DNA from: Macrostomum lignano
Lineage: Eukaryota
Assembly: GCA_002269645.1 (NCBI GenBank)
Contig: NIVC01002700.1
Location: 17,505 to 81,504, forward strand
DNA: 64,000 bases
Direction: 5' to 3'
The position numbers and the translations under genes are program-made. The notes under the pieces were generated by a model. It was not told the DNA's origin. It worked only from the letters and a program-made list of their open reading frames with translations, and did no database searches. Of the stretch, positions 39,401-49,845 are shown piece by piece; within the stretch, counting starts at the first letter, position 1, and every line of letters begins with the position of its first letter.

Positions 39401-40657
39401 AGATTGGTGAACTGGCGAATCTGTAAGATTGGTGAACTGGCGAATCTGTAAGATTGGTGAACTGGTGAATCTGTAAGATTGGTGAACTGGTGAATCTGTA
39501 AGATTGGTGAACTGGCGAATCTGTAAGATTGGTGAACTGGTGAATCTGTGAGATTGGTGAACTGGTGAATCTGTAAGATTGGTGAACTGGCGAATCTTTA
39601 AGATTGGTGAACTGGTGAATCTGTAAGATTAGTGAACTGGCGAATCTGTAAGATTAGTGAACTGGCGAATCTGTAAGATTGGTGAACTGGCGAATCTGTA
39701 AGATTGGTGAACTGGTGAATCTGTAAGATTGGTGAACTGGCGAATCTGTAAGATTGGTGAACTGGTGAATCTGTAAGATTGGTGAACTGGTGAATCTGTA
39801 AGATTGGTGAACTGGCGAATCTGTAAGATTGGTGAACTGGTGAATCTGTAAGATTGGTGAACTGGTGAATATGTAAGATTGGTGAACTGGTGAATCTGTA
39901 AGATTAGTGAACTGGCGAATCTGTAAGATTGGTGAACTGGTGAATCTGTAAGATTGGTGAACTGGCGAATCTGTAAGATTGGTGAACTGGCGAATCTGTA
40001 AGATTGGTGAACTGGTGAATCTGTAAGATTGGTGAACTGGTGAATCTGTAAGATTGGTGAACTGGCGAATCTGTAAGATTGGTGAACTGGCGAATCTGTA
40101 AGATTGGTGAACTGGTGAATCTGTAAGATTGGTGAACTGGTGAATCTGTAAGATTGGTGAACTGGCGAATCTGTAAGATTGGTGAACTGGCGAATCTGTA
40201 AGATTGGTGAACTGGCGAATCTGTAAGATTGGTGAACTGGCGAATCTGTAAGATTGGTGAACTGGCGAATCTGTAAGATTGGTGAACTGGCGAATCTGTA
40301 AGATTGGTGAACTGGTGAATCTGTAAGATTGGTGAACTGGTGAATCTGTAAGATTGGTGAACTGGCGAATCTGTAAGATTTTATTAAATTATTGAAGATC
40401 GGAAATCTATTTGTGAATTAAAATGATTAGTGAAGCCGCAAAAAAGTTGGTGAACCGATGTTTAATAGCGGCAAAAGCAACGTCCTTAGCAACTCACCAG
40501 ACTGTGCAGAGGTCTTGAGACGCACGCAAAGTCCCTCAGCGTTGGTATAGTTAGCAGCGATTTTGGCAACTCCCTCGGCTCCGCGAACCTCCATGAGCTC
40601 TTTCAGCTCGGTCATGGAGCAGCCGTACTCGTTGCTAACTGAGGCTTCGTTGGCCAT
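6180..40657 (-). CDS. ATP2B: Plasma-membrane calcium-transporting P2B ATPase (PMCA), spliced gene of about 1180-1240 aa depending on last exon
   Basis: Core exons 40657-40498, 35479-35306, 32829-32443, 27726-27562, 22517-21996, 20954-20845, 19374-19072, 17770-17351, 16374-16012, 15393-15180, 15043-14841, 14486-14379, 13919-13728 join in frame at GT-AG sites. Motifs: [28 protein letters not shown] (phospho-Asp), [44 protein letters not shown], CaM domain [15 protein letters not shown]. Confidence 0.97.
7795..8154 (-). CDS. ATP2B: PMCA alternative last exon Y ([16 protein letters not shown]...ALNDK*), 119 aa
   Basis: atccAG acceptor, phase 0; LRVVRAFKS matches the C-terminal half of the CaM domain. 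Confidence 0.85.
   Translation of the reverse strand: MRVVRAFKSTVDGLDDQQQELIIELRRRRLTNPSQRSNTHPKAFYGPASSCIPAVENADSPNNKLIEGISSSSQQSSLRPIENMPLVACRAMNSPVGPATMTTTASSSPSASTQALNDK
8230..9085. repeat. 39-bp minisatellite (gatccatgagatttcatgtactcataaatctgagtat[a/g]t)
   Basis: Homogeneous array just upstream of the acceptor of last exon Y; 13-aa periodic ORFs. Confidence 0.97.
10720..10975. repeat. (GACA)n microsatellite
   Basis: Direct reading. Confidence 0.95.
11115..11366 (-). CDS. ATP2B: PMCA alternative last exon X ([20 protein letters not shown]...NSAERV*)
   Basis: Polypyrimidine-rich cccAG acceptor at 11367-11368 (an in-frame alternative AG gives a start at 11333); GC-rich open frame to TAG; AATAAA at 10604-10599. 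Confidence 0.6.
   Translation of the reverse strand, partial: SLSFSAFHKFQRRMVDDMRSIEPWMASTLRQIEERRMTISSIGSGSAGAANHGAATAAAGSVGIDKDGSSADGTSRRNSAERV
11490..12565. repeat. 21-bp minisatellite (ctagtctgtacaccctcttct)
   Basis: 7-aa periodic ORFs (VQTREEG). Confidence 0.95.
13728..13919 (-). CDS. ATP2B: PMCA exon ending in first half of CaM-binding domain ([15 protein letters not shown]), splice site C
   Basis: Phase 0-0; CAG|GTAAGT at the position equivalent to vertebrate site C. Confidence 0.95.
13965..14260. repeat. 15-bp minisatellite (tctcaagctcgaatc)
   Basis: Same family at 27783-27955. Confidence 0.9.
14379..14486 (-). CDS. ATP2B: PMCA exon (TM10, [17 protein letters not shown])
   Basis: Phase 0-0; GTGAGC donor. 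Confidence 0.95.
14500..14818. repeat. (TG)n/(TCTG)n compound microsatellite
   Basis: Fills the PMCA intron. Confidence 0.95.
14841..15043 (-). CDS. ATP2B: PMCA exon ([26 protein letters not shown]8-9)
   Basis: Phase 1-0; GTGAGT donor. Confidence 0.95.
15180..15393 (-). CDS. ATP2B: PMCA exon (TM6-7, [20 protein letters not shown])
   Basis: Ca-site residues; phase 0-1. Confidence 0.97.
15510..15940. repeat. 23-bp minisatellite (gtgcacatcaatgatcttagaag)
   Basis: Direct reading. Confidence 0.92.
16012..16374 (-). CDS. ATP2B: PMCA exon ([18 protein letters not shown]5)
   Basis: Conserved hinge motif; phase 0-0. Confidence 0.97.
16500..17240. repeat. ~20/39-bp minisatellite (ccagaccgatttgagccttacagaacgatgtgacctcct)
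   Basis: Direct reading. Confidence 0.9.
17351..17770 (-). CDS. ATP2B: PMCA exon (GLRTICIAY...[10 protein letters not shown]...MVTGDN)
   Basis: Conserved P-domain motifs; phase 0-0. Confidence 0.97.
17815..19030. repeat. 21-bp minisatellite (ctcatatcgataatcccgatt)
   Basis: Direct reading; Ile-rich pseudo-ORFs. Confidence 0.95.
19072..19374 (-). CDS. ATP2B: PMCA N-domain exon ([12 protein letters not shown]...[11 protein letters not shown]...KGASE)
   Basis: Conserved nucleotide-binding motifs; phase 0-0. Confidence 0.97.
19403..20700. repeat. (CAAT/CAGT)n array with an internal inverted segment (~20390-20590)
   Basis: caat units switch to attg and back. Confidence 0.93.
20845..20954 (-). 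CDS. ATP2B: PMCA exon ([13 protein letters not shown])
   Basis: acacAG / GTGAGG; phase 1-0. Confidence 0.92.
21140..21945. repeat. ~31-38 bp minisatellite (cacacctgaagcatcagtcagttgaaatccca)
   Basis: Constant core with a variable (CA)n linker. Confidence 0.93.
21996..22517 (-). CDS. ATP2B: PMCA exon (TM3-TM4, PEGL, CSDKTGT phosphorylation site)
   Basis: Motifs as named; ccctcAG / GTACGG. Confidence 0.97.
22620..24015. repeat. 21/23-bp minisatellite (gattgattagctatactccca)
   Basis: Direct reading. Confidence 0.97.
24054..24089 (-). CDS. ATP2B: Candidate PMCA A-site micro-exon 3 (36 nt, [12 protein letters not shown])
   Basis: catacAG acceptor, CTG|GTTTAA weak donor, 36 nt, open in phase 1. 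Confidence 0.35.
24260..24700. repeat. (CAGT)n microsatellite
   Basis: Direct reading. Confidence 0.95.
25468..25494 (-). CDS. ATP2B: PMCA A-site micro-exon 2 (27 nt, xLNPDAKRP)
   Basis: ttttttctctc...atgcAG|TTCTGAATCCGGATGCCAAGAGACCTG|GTAGGT; symmetric phase 1, open frame. Confidence 0.7.
26219..26372. repeat. Two ~68-bp direct repeats (agacggacgaaac..cagcctaggggggcaggcccaatctggct..agccaatgagagagcagtaagga)
   Basis: Two near-identical copies between micro-exons 1 and 2. Confidence 0.8.
26746..26763 (-). CDS. ATP2B: PMCA A-site micro-exon 1 (18 nt, GEQKTP)
   Basis: catttcctttccacccatctgcAG|GTGAACAGAAGACGCCGC|GTGAGT; symmetric phase 1, open frame. Confidence 0.75.
26950..27420. repeat. ~19-21 bp degenerate repeat (actccccagacacatctctc)
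   Basis: Direct reading. Confidence 0.85.
27562..27726 (-). CDS. ATP2B: PMCA exon 4 ([23 protein letters not shown]), ends at splice site A
   Basis: caacag / GTAAG, phase 1-1. Confidence 0.95.
28230..28790. repeat. 23-bp minisatellite (cattagaatccgcccctatccta)
   Basis: Reverse complement of the array at 33040-34290. Confidence 0.92.
29520..31330. repeat. 35/33-bp purine-rich minisatellite (gagtagacactgatggatagagagagtagaaaaga)
   Basis: 1.8-kb array; origin of the 550-630 aa pseudo-ORFs. Confidence 0.97.
31940..32370. repeat. (GATT/GACT)n microsatellite
   Basis: Direct reading. Confidence 0.92.
32443..32829 (-). CDS. ATP2B: PMCA exon 3 (TM2, actuator domain, [10 protein letters not shown])
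   Basis: [34 protein letters not shown]; 387 nt, phase 1-1. Confidence 0.97.
33040..34290. repeat. 23-bp minisatellite (taatgaagagtaggggcggattc)
   Basis: Inverted relative of 28230-28790. Confidence 0.93.
34700..35280. repeat. ~25-bp degenerate minisatellite (tcatccagcttcatctgtgaat...)
   Basis: Direct reading. Confidence 0.85.
35306..35479 (-). CDS. ATP2B: PMCA exon 2 ([29 protein letters not shown]1)
   Basis: Phase 1-1 exon, ttttcag / GTGAGT; not captured in the correct frame by the ORF track. Confidence 0.95.
35540..36170. repeat. ~31-33 bp minisatellite (ctcactgtctagctacctctctcaaccctgaat)
   Basis: Direct reading. Confidence 0.85.
36720..37520. repeat. 20-bp minisatellite (gaatagggatttagtttcct)
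   Basis: Direct reading. Confidence 0.95.
38350..40380. repeat. 25-bp minisatellite, about 80 copies (gaatctgtaagattggtgaactgg[c/t])
   Basis: 2-kb homogeneous array with a 525-bp higher-order duplication. Confidence 0.98.
40498..40657 (-). CDS. ATP2B: PMCA first coding exon ([26 protein letters not shown]...)
   Basis: ATG at 40657; GTGAGT donor after 40498; ttttcag acceptor 77 nt upstream of the ATG; typical PMCA N-terminus. Confidence 0.9.
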
Positions 40658-41169
40658 GTTGGATTTTCTCCAGAGATTTTAGTCTTTATTTAGAATTCAA
40701 TCAATTTGTCAACTATTGCGCTGCTACGATGACCCTGAAAATTTAATTAAAATTGACATTATATTAGTATATACTAATAAAGGTACACACGAACAATATA
40801 AATAGTCTATAATAACCCTGAATGGCTATGCTTTTCAACAAAACTAAAATTAGAAATCATATTCATTTAATTAAGCCAGTACAGGTTGCAATATTTAGCT
40901 TCACCAAAGTTTCTGTCGTCAATGAAATCTATTTTTAGTCCGAATATATAAACGATATATATTATCTAGATTTAGATAAGCAAGGCAAACTCGAACACAA
41001 GGCTGAAACGGAAGCCTTGTGCGCACAATTCAACTCTGACTTATTCATTTTGGTATTCATATTTCAATGCTTAAGTTTTAATTACGGTTAAATATAGTAT
41101 AAAGTGTAAAACCCACTGCTAATATTTAGGAGCTAAATATGGCTTTGATACTAGAATAGAAACTCTAAA

Positions 41170-41615
41170 ATATTGAAACAAATGGCACATTACATTCACG
41201 ACTCTGAAACTACCCTTATTGAAACAAATGGCACATTACATACACGACTCTGAAACTACCCTTATTGAAACAAATGGCACATTACATACACGACTCTGAA
41301 ACTACCCTTATTGAAACAAATGGCACATTACATACACGACTCTAAAGCTACCCTTGTTGAAACAAATGGCACATTACATACACGACTCTGAAACTACCTT
41401 TGTTGAAACAAATGGCACATTACATACACGACTCTGAAACTACCCTTTTTGAAACAAATGGCACATTACATTCACGACTCTGAAGCTACCCTTATTGAAA
41501 CAAATGGCACATTACATTCACGACTCTAAAGCTACCCTTGTTGAAACAAATGGCACATTACATTCACGACTCTAAAGCTACCCTTGTTGAAACAAATGGC
41601 ACATTACATACACTA
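41170..41615. repeat. 46-bp minisatellite (gaaacaaatggcacattacatacacgactctgaaactacccttatt)
   Basis: About 9 copies. Confidence 0.93.
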
Positions 41616-42944
41616 GATGAAGTATTAGATGCAGGATTCTAATTTTACCCTTCAGGTAATTGCTACAGCAGCGGTGATATCAATTACAAAGCAGCAGATT
41701 TTACAGATAGAGGGGACAAAAATTAATAACCCACAGAAAAAGAGCTTGTACCGCCTTTGCCAACTACGAACAGGGAAAATGGGATTCACTTAATAAATGC
41801 CCCTATTGCAAAACTCTGCAAAACTAATAACAGGGCAAGTGAAAGACAAGCTAGAAGAGAAGGGTCTGCATACGATCACTAAAAGCTAACTAGCAAACCA
41901 GGCAACATCTGTTGCCGCAGTTGCTATTACATATTTGACTAAAAAACACTGCTACCTAAGCAGAAGAAAATGCAATAAAGACTTTACAAGAGAAAAAAAC
42001 ACACTCTCTCCCCTACACATGCATTTTCACTACCGTACCGAACTGCGCGCAAATTTATCAAAGCTAAATAAAACATTAAGTATAGGGTCCGAAGCTTACC
42101 AGCGAGAGAAATATTTTGAACAATTATTTATTGTGCGTTACTCCAACCCCTCTCTGTTAAGTTTTTGCTGCTTACGAAGGAGTGGAATCACGAAGGTTGG
42201 GTAAATGCATGAGAGCAACCGCACTAAATAGAGATTACTTAAAGACTGGCGTTAGTAGCCTGATCCAGCTAGAAGATTTTGGAGCAATCCTGTTCAATCT
42301 AGTCACAAAGACGGAGGTCATTGGAGACGGTAGGGAAGGGCAAGAGAGTGGTTTAAAACTGGGGAAAGATAGAAACAGGAGGGGTGGGTACAGCGGCACA
42401 ATGTACTTCATGCCCGACGGCAAAGCTATATAAGGGAACAAAAGTGGGATGTCAACTACAAGTAGAGAAGAGAGTTAGATGGACGGGCTGATCGGTTAAC
42501 AGGAGGGATAGAGATGGCGAGGGGATTTATATTTTCCCAAAGTACGGCCAGAACAGGGGGGAGGCAAGAATGGTCAAGAGAAAGTCGATCCATGCGCGTG
42601 GATTGAAAGACGGAAATTGGAACGGGGCTGAGAGGGGGGGCGCGGAGGCTGGGATGGAACTGGCAAGCAGGATGAACGATCTTATGCAGACAATCACCCA
42701 ATCCCTAGCGATAGAACTGGATTTAACCAGCCACCATTGGTAAAGCTTCTAACAATCAAACCAGCCTAGGAAACAGACTCAAAAAGGTCAATTTGTCCGT
42801 TGAAGTGCCTTCCCAAAATCTTTTAACATAGGCCCCATAATCCACCAATCAGCTATGGAATTGAATCGAGTCTGATGAACGGCCTCGCGTGGCAACAAGC
42901 GGTAGCGATAGCAAACAGGACTGGGCTAACTTCATCTGCTAGGC

Positions 42945-43390
42945 CTCTCTCTCTCTTAAACCTCTCTTTTATCTCCCCTCTCTCCTCACTCATCTCCCCT
43001 CTCTCATCTCTTATCTCCCCTCTCTTCTCTCTTATCTCCCCTCTCTCCTCACTCATCTCCCCTCTCTTATCTCTTATCTCCCCTCTCTTCTCTCTTATCT
43101 CCCCTCTCTCCTCACTCATCTCCCCTCTCTCCTCTCTTATCTCCCCTCTCTTCTCACTCATCTCCCCTCTCTCATCTCTTATCTCCCCTCTCTCCTCTCT
43201 TATCTCCCCTCTCTTCTCACTCATCTCCCCTCTCTCCTCACTTATCTCCCCGCTCTCCTCTCTTATCTCCTCTCCCTCCTCACTCATCTCCCCGCTCTCT
43301 CTCTTATCCCCTCTCTCTCCTCACTCATCTCCCCTCTCCTCTCCCCTCTTCTCTTTCCTTTCTTATCCTCCTTCCCCTCCTCTCTCTGTC
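42945..43390. repeat. Pyrimidine-rich 21-bp repeat (atctcccctctctcctcactc)
   Basis: 7-aa periodic ORFs. Confidence 0.88.
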
Positions 43391-44597
43391 TCGCAGTTAT
43401 GCGCTAGATTCTATGTCAGGCCCTTAAGTTAAAAAGTTTCCCGATCCCTACTCTAAACAGACAACTTATATTAATTGTTCTTCGCTGTCTGTATAAGATA
43501 GGGAGGTTAATATAAATCGAAATTTGAGACATAAACAGCGGAAGAAACATTACAAAGAGATTACTAACAAAGCATACACAAAGCAGACTATAAAGAGATA
43601 GATTTATGATGACAGTCAAGGCAAAGGAAGCAAGGAAAGCCTTAAGGCTAATCTTTATAATAAGCATACTCATTGCTGCTGCTGCTGACGTATACATCTA
43701 AAGAGAGTTTCGCTGCGTCCATCATTCCGTTGTCAGGCTAGATTAGATAGTATTGACAGTACTACTAAGAAAGCTGGATATCTGTCGACAGACCAATCAC
43801 TCTTTAGCTGGCTAAGAGATCAGCAATATTTTACATTTACGAGTAATATAAATACATCCGCGAGTATAAAGAGAATCCCTTAGTCCCAAATTCTTCAGAT
43901 TAAACGTCAAACATACATGGTATTAGATAAAGCTATGAGATATGGGGAGAACAAAATATGCAAGCCTTATGCTAATTTAGAACTCATTCTAGCAACTCAC
44001 CCCCAACCTCAATCTGCACAACTGCAGCCGCTGTCTCGTCATTCAATCTTTCCAACCAGCCAACTAACTAAACAGGCTGACTATAGTATAAAGTTTCGGC
44101 TAAACACTTATAATACCCGTAACGTTAATTTAACTGGGCGGGGGCTAGGGGCTAGAGGTAAGGTCTAGCTAAGCTCAGGGCGTTTTTCTCGGCTTGGCTT
44201 TTAGTCAACAACAATTAGGACTGCGGGCTTAACAATGAAGACAGAGGGGGGAGGGTAGCCTAGATGCGTGCACAAAATTTTTCGCGAGAGGCAGGTGCGG
44301 AGCGGGCAGGCAAATTACGAACATGCGTTTTCAGCATGTTATACATGAGTTATACATGCGTATAAAAAAGGGCAACAAGCCCAATTTCCTCTCTGAAACT
44401 CCCGGCTTTAAAATGCAAAGCTGCTGACTGGCGTTGGGAGCTATTTTTAGGCGCAGATTGTATTGTACTTTTCAAATAATAAAATAATAATAAAAAATGG
44501 TTACAAGGAACAGCGGAAATCTTGATGCGCGCATTTGCACTGATTCACGGTAACATTAACTAACGGTAGGTATTGCTAAAATAACAACGTAGTAAAC

Positions 44598-44975
44598 TGA
44601 GGATCTGGGAGGCAGGCCCAGCAACTGAGGATCTGGGAGGCTGGCCCAGCAACTGAGGATCTGGGAGGCTGGTGGCCAAGTAAATGAGGATGTGAGAGGC
44701 TGGCCCAGCAACTAAGGACTTGGAAGATGGCCCAGCAACTGAGGATCTGGGAGGCTGGCCCAGCAACTGGCACTCTGAGAGGCTGGCCCAGCAACTGAGG
44801 ATCTGGGAGGCTGGCCCAGCAACTGAGGATCTGGGAGGCTGGCCCAGCAACTGAGGATCTGGGAGGCTGGCCCAGCAACTGAGGATCTGGGAGGCTGGCC
44901 CACCAACTGAGGATCTGAGAGGCTGGCCCAGCAACTGAGGATCTGGGAGGCTGGCCCAGCAACAGAGGATCTGGA
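44598..44975. repeat. 28-bp minisatellite (gaggatctgggaggctggcccagcaact)
   Basis: Same family as 2990-3670. Confidence 0.93.
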
Positions 44976-45919
44976 AAGAATATGGTAGACTGCGGCTAAA
45001 CTGTGGCGGATTCTTTCATGGAAAGAGGCGGCAATAAGTTAGGAAGCAGATTAGAAGCAGTATGCAAAAATGTTGAAATAAGCTGTCAGTATTTTTAGCA
45101 ATTTTATAAAGACGAGTGTTTTTATTATCTAAACCAATCTTTCTAAAAATAATTTTGAATTACGCCCAGCCCGCTTGTTACAGTACTCGTAGTTGACTTG
45201 CGTCAAATGAAAAAGCATTCCAAATACTGCAACTAAGCGCTATTAAAGACTTCTTTAGCATTTTTGCGCCAAAAAATTCTAAGTGAAACGAGATTAGAAA
45301 GAAAACCAGGCACAGAAGAAGCCGGTTAGAAGACCGGATTAGGGAGAGAAAAAGAGAAAAAATACCCCACGAGAATTTCTTTATCGCTACTAAAACAGAT
45401 TTCATTCAAGCAGAAAATGAAGTGAAAACAGAGATTTCGCGATCCTAGCCGAGTATGTAAACTCTGCTGCGACCCCAAGCAGTGAATGAGACTCCACTCC
45501 ACCCATTTGGAAAAAAAGATAAGAGCTACTTTGACCTTTAGCCGATAGATAACGCACAAGTCGACTCAATTAAAAGACTGAGAAGTTTCTGTAAAATTAT
45601 GTCTAGTCAAATATTATGTATAGATTTCCCAAAGTCAATCTGAATTGTATTACAAACTACGGGCAGCCTTCGTGTTTTAAACCCGACTTCTTGTTTCCTT
45701 ATAAGGTGATTGAATACTGAAAAAAATCATCAAAGGAGCTTTTCAAATGCGCATTTTTTCCGCTACATTTTTGTTATTTCTTTCAAAAGATTCCCATTGA
45801 ATTTTAGAAGACAAATTTCAACCTTTATAAGCAACACTGTATGCATTTAACTGAAAACATGCCCTTCTTTTACGTAATTTTATCTCCAGATCAATAGCTC
45901 AGCAACACGATACTAAGAT

Positions 45920-47110
45920 TTGTGGCTTGAGAATCTTACCCTAAGATTAGTGGCTTGAGAATCTCACCATTAGATTAGTATATCTTGAGAATCTCACCAT
46001 TAGATTAATATCTTGAGAATCTCACCATTAGATTAGTATATCTTGAGAATCTCACCATTAGATTAGTATCTTGAGAATCTCACCATTAGATTGGTGGCTT
46101 GAGAATCTTACCCTAAGAATAGTGGCTTGAGAATCTCACCATTAGATTAGTATATCTTGAGAATCTCACCATTAGATTAGTATCTTGAGAATCTCACCAT
46201 TAGATTGGTGGCTTGAGAATCTCACCATTAGATTAGTATCTTGAGAATCTCACCATTAGATTAGTGACTTGAGAATCTCACCATTAGATTAGTATCTTGA
46301 GAATCTCACCATTAGATTAGTATCTTGAGAATCTCACCATTAGATTAGTATATCTTGAGAATCTCACCATTAGATTAGTATCTTGAGAATCTCACCATTA
46401 GATTGGTGGCTTGAGAATCTCACCATTAGATTAGTATCTTGAGAATCTCACCATTAGATTAGTGACTTGAGAATCTCACCATTAGATTAGTATCTTGAGA
46501 ATCTCACCATTAGATTGGTGGCTTGAGAATCTCACCATTAGATTAGTAGCTTGAGACTAAGATTAATGGCTTAAGAATATCACCGCTAGATTAGTGGCTT
46601 GAGAATCTCACCATTAGATTGGTGGCTTGAGAATCTCACCATTAGATTAGTAGCTTGAGACTAAGATTAATGGCTTAAGAATATCACCGCTAGATTAGTG
46701 GCTTGAGAATCTCACAATTAGATTGGTGGCTTGAGAATCTCACCATTAGATTAGTATCTTGAGAATCTCACCATTAGATTAGTATCTTGAGAATCTCACC
46801 ATTAGATTAGTGGCTTGAGAATCTCACCATTAGATTGGTGGCTTGAGAATCTCACCATTAGATTAGTATCTTGAGAATCTCACCATTAGATTAGTGGCTT
46901 GAGAATCTCACCATTAGATTGGTGGCTTGAGAATCTCACCATTAGATTAGTAGCTTGAGACTAAGATTAATGGCTTAAGAATATCACCGCTAGATTAGTG
47001 GCTTGAGAATCTCACAATTAGATTGGTGGCTTGAGAATCTCACCATTAGATCAGTGGCTTGAAAATCTTACCATTAGATTTGTGGCTTAAGAATCTCACC
47101 ACTAAATTAG
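45920..47110. repeat. ~27-29 bp minisatellite (cttgagaatctcaccattagattagtat)
   Basis: Direct reading. Confidence 0.95.
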
Positions 47111-49567
47111 TGCCTCGGAAATCCCAACTTCAGAAATCGCACCCTCAGAAGTCCTAGCCTGAGAAATAAAAACCTATTAAAAAAGAAACCTAAGCACAAA
47201 CTAAAAGATTACTAATCATAAATCAGAATATTTCGTTTGCTATATTGAAAACAAAGGTGAGCGTGACAAACGACAGCTATAAAAGATCGCCCCTAATCTC
47301 TCAAACACGCAACAATAGTGATTAAGAGCCAGAAAGTCCAAACAAGACACCCTACCCTAGCAACCAGAAACTATGAGCTGAACTAACGGGTAACGCCCGA
47401 ATTAATAGTGGAGAAAAATTCTATTTTCCCCCAAGTGGAAAGACCCATTGGCTTAACTAAAAAACAATCGATTTATTGGGAGCACAACTGGGGTAAACTA
47501 AGAGGGCACAAAATAAGTTTGAACAGTGCGTTTTGTTACCCGCTTGCTTCTGATTGGTGATGAATCCAAAGCTGCCTTCCAGAATTGAATTGTTTATCGC
47601 TCAGTGCAGTAAAACTTAAATAAAAAACGTAAAATTTAATAGACGCTTTCACTGTGAAGACAGTTTTTAAAATCAACAGAACCTTATCGTTTCATAAAGC
47701 TCTTTCAATCTTCTGTCTTACTTATCGCCGTAAGCTTCTGTCAGCCTTGACTATCAATCAGCAAAGCTATTTCTGAATAAAGTATTATTTTTAACCTTCA
47801 AGACAGATAGGAAAAGTAGGTAGGTTATAGTTAGTCAAACGCTTGCTGCTGGGTGATATAATAGGTTCAAAACTGAGCGATAGTGTCTTATAAGAAGTAA
47901 ATGACTGCGATAGGCTTGTTGACAATTGTACAGCAGACACCGTCACACGCTGTGTATTTCGCGTACATAACAGCACACACACACAAAAGATCTAGGCTAG
48001 ATAAACTAGACTAATAAAGATTACTAAGGCGAATCGTTTCGCTTTTATTTCTGTCTTTCTCTACCCCTCTCTCTCTCTCTCTTCCAGTCTTTCGAGTTCG
48101 CTGATGAATAGATGTGTCTTTACTTCTATCTATCTTCGTTAGGCTTTGCACGCGATATCATGTACAATATGAGACCACTTTTAATATGTATACGAGCAAA
48201 ATTTAGACTCTAAGAAAAAATTTTTTTCTAGTATTCGTTGCTGTTTACCTTGCATCAACGCACATGCCATATGGAGTCTTCTGTCTCTTCTCCTTCTTTT
48301 AGTTTTGTTAGCTCTTAAAACCGAGGCTTCGAGCTCTCATAACTATTATGCTATCGTAGCTCGCTTTCGGCAAGAACACTGCACTCTGGCATTGCAGTTG
48401 CTAAGCTTGAGGTTTATTCAGCTCCAAGTCCAAACTTGGTCTCCGCTCTGGCAACTAAACTAACTGTTTTCCTTCTATCTGTCGATCTATTCAACGGTAA
48501 AAGATTCGAATTTTTTTTCAAGAGAGACAGAGAGAGAAAAACCTATAAAAAGCTTTTTACTTTGCTACTTTCAACTCCACAGACGCAAATCGACGCACAA
48601 GGTGCTCTAAAAATAGAATGCATGGATAAAAAGTTTCACAGCACACAATCTTGAAAGAGCTGTCTGTCTAAAGCAGCCCACAAAATGGTCGAACAAACTC
48701 AATAAATTTGCTGTGTAGGAGTCAGCAGGACTCAATTCAAACATGTATGTTGGCAAGTTGACAGCTTGACCAAGAGAATTAAAATTGATTTTATTTAAAT
48801 GTAGATGACACAAATATACATAAAAACTCTTAAGCAAAGAAGACATTTCTAGAGCCTTAATCACCTACCCAACTCTAGAGACCTAGCACTCATGTGCAAC
48901 TAATTATCTATGTGCTCTAGATACAATCTAGATCTAAAATTAGATTTAAAGGCACCCTTTAATGAAATTCAATTGAAAATAGATTTTGCTACTTACCTTT
49001 GGCTTACCATAATTTATACTGGCCCTCATACAGTCCCAACTTTGAATTTCACCAAGCCAATGCAACAGTTTTTTTTTCAAAAAAATTGCAACTTAGTTGC
49101 CTTTGGCTATGACATAGTCTCTGTTTTTGCTTCTTTCTAGTTTTTTTTCTTCCCCTCTTTTGTCCAATTTCTTTTCAGGTCAGCATTTTTGTTACTTACT
49201 GTGGCTAGATCTCTCATCACCTGGCCAAATTAACCAGGCTGGTCAGGTGTTGGGTATGTATATACTAGCCAGTCAATTAGCAATTGAGTACATACATGTT
49301 TGAAATGGTGTTAGTATATATAGATCTTTTAATACTAACAATTTTATTAATCTTAGGAAATGAAAAACTTGGCAAGGTCTGATGTTTGAAAACTAATTAG
49401 CTAATAGGTAACTGGTAAACTTGTCATTTTTTTATCTTCTAGCTTAGCTCTTAGCAAACTTTTCCAACTGCAATTTTTATTCATAATAGCTACATGATAA
49501 AATAAACTTAGCTATATATTTATAACCTGAGTGCATATTTAAAATGTGTTACTATGTTGTAAACAGT

Positions 49568-49845
49568 CATACATGCGCAACAGTCGGCCGATCCAGCCGA
49601 CCGATTTGGCAGCCAACCATGGAAGTTGCAAAAATGCCCACCCAAAAAACACCAAGTAGTAGCACTAAGTAGCTGACGAGGCATTTTGGCTTTATAAGAC
49701 AGTTATAGTTACTCCTGCCGTTTACCCAAAGTTGTGTTAATTGCGTTTTTTACATGTAAGTTGCATTTTTGGCCAACAACTATGTCGCATTTTTGTTAAA
49801 ACTAAGTTGCACGGCCGACCGAATTTTGGAGGTTGCGCATGTATG
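49568..49845. mobile_element. Non-autonomous DNA transposon (MITE), 278 bp, hAT- or P-like
   Basis: Perfect 14-bp TIR CATACATGCGCAAC...GTTGCGCATGTATG; perfect 8-bp TSD TAAACAGT (49560-67, 49846-53). Confidence 0.9.

Noticed and set aside
42182-42701. Short non-repetitive ORFs, possible retroelement fragment
   Set aside because: No RT, integrase, protease or recombinase motif recognised.
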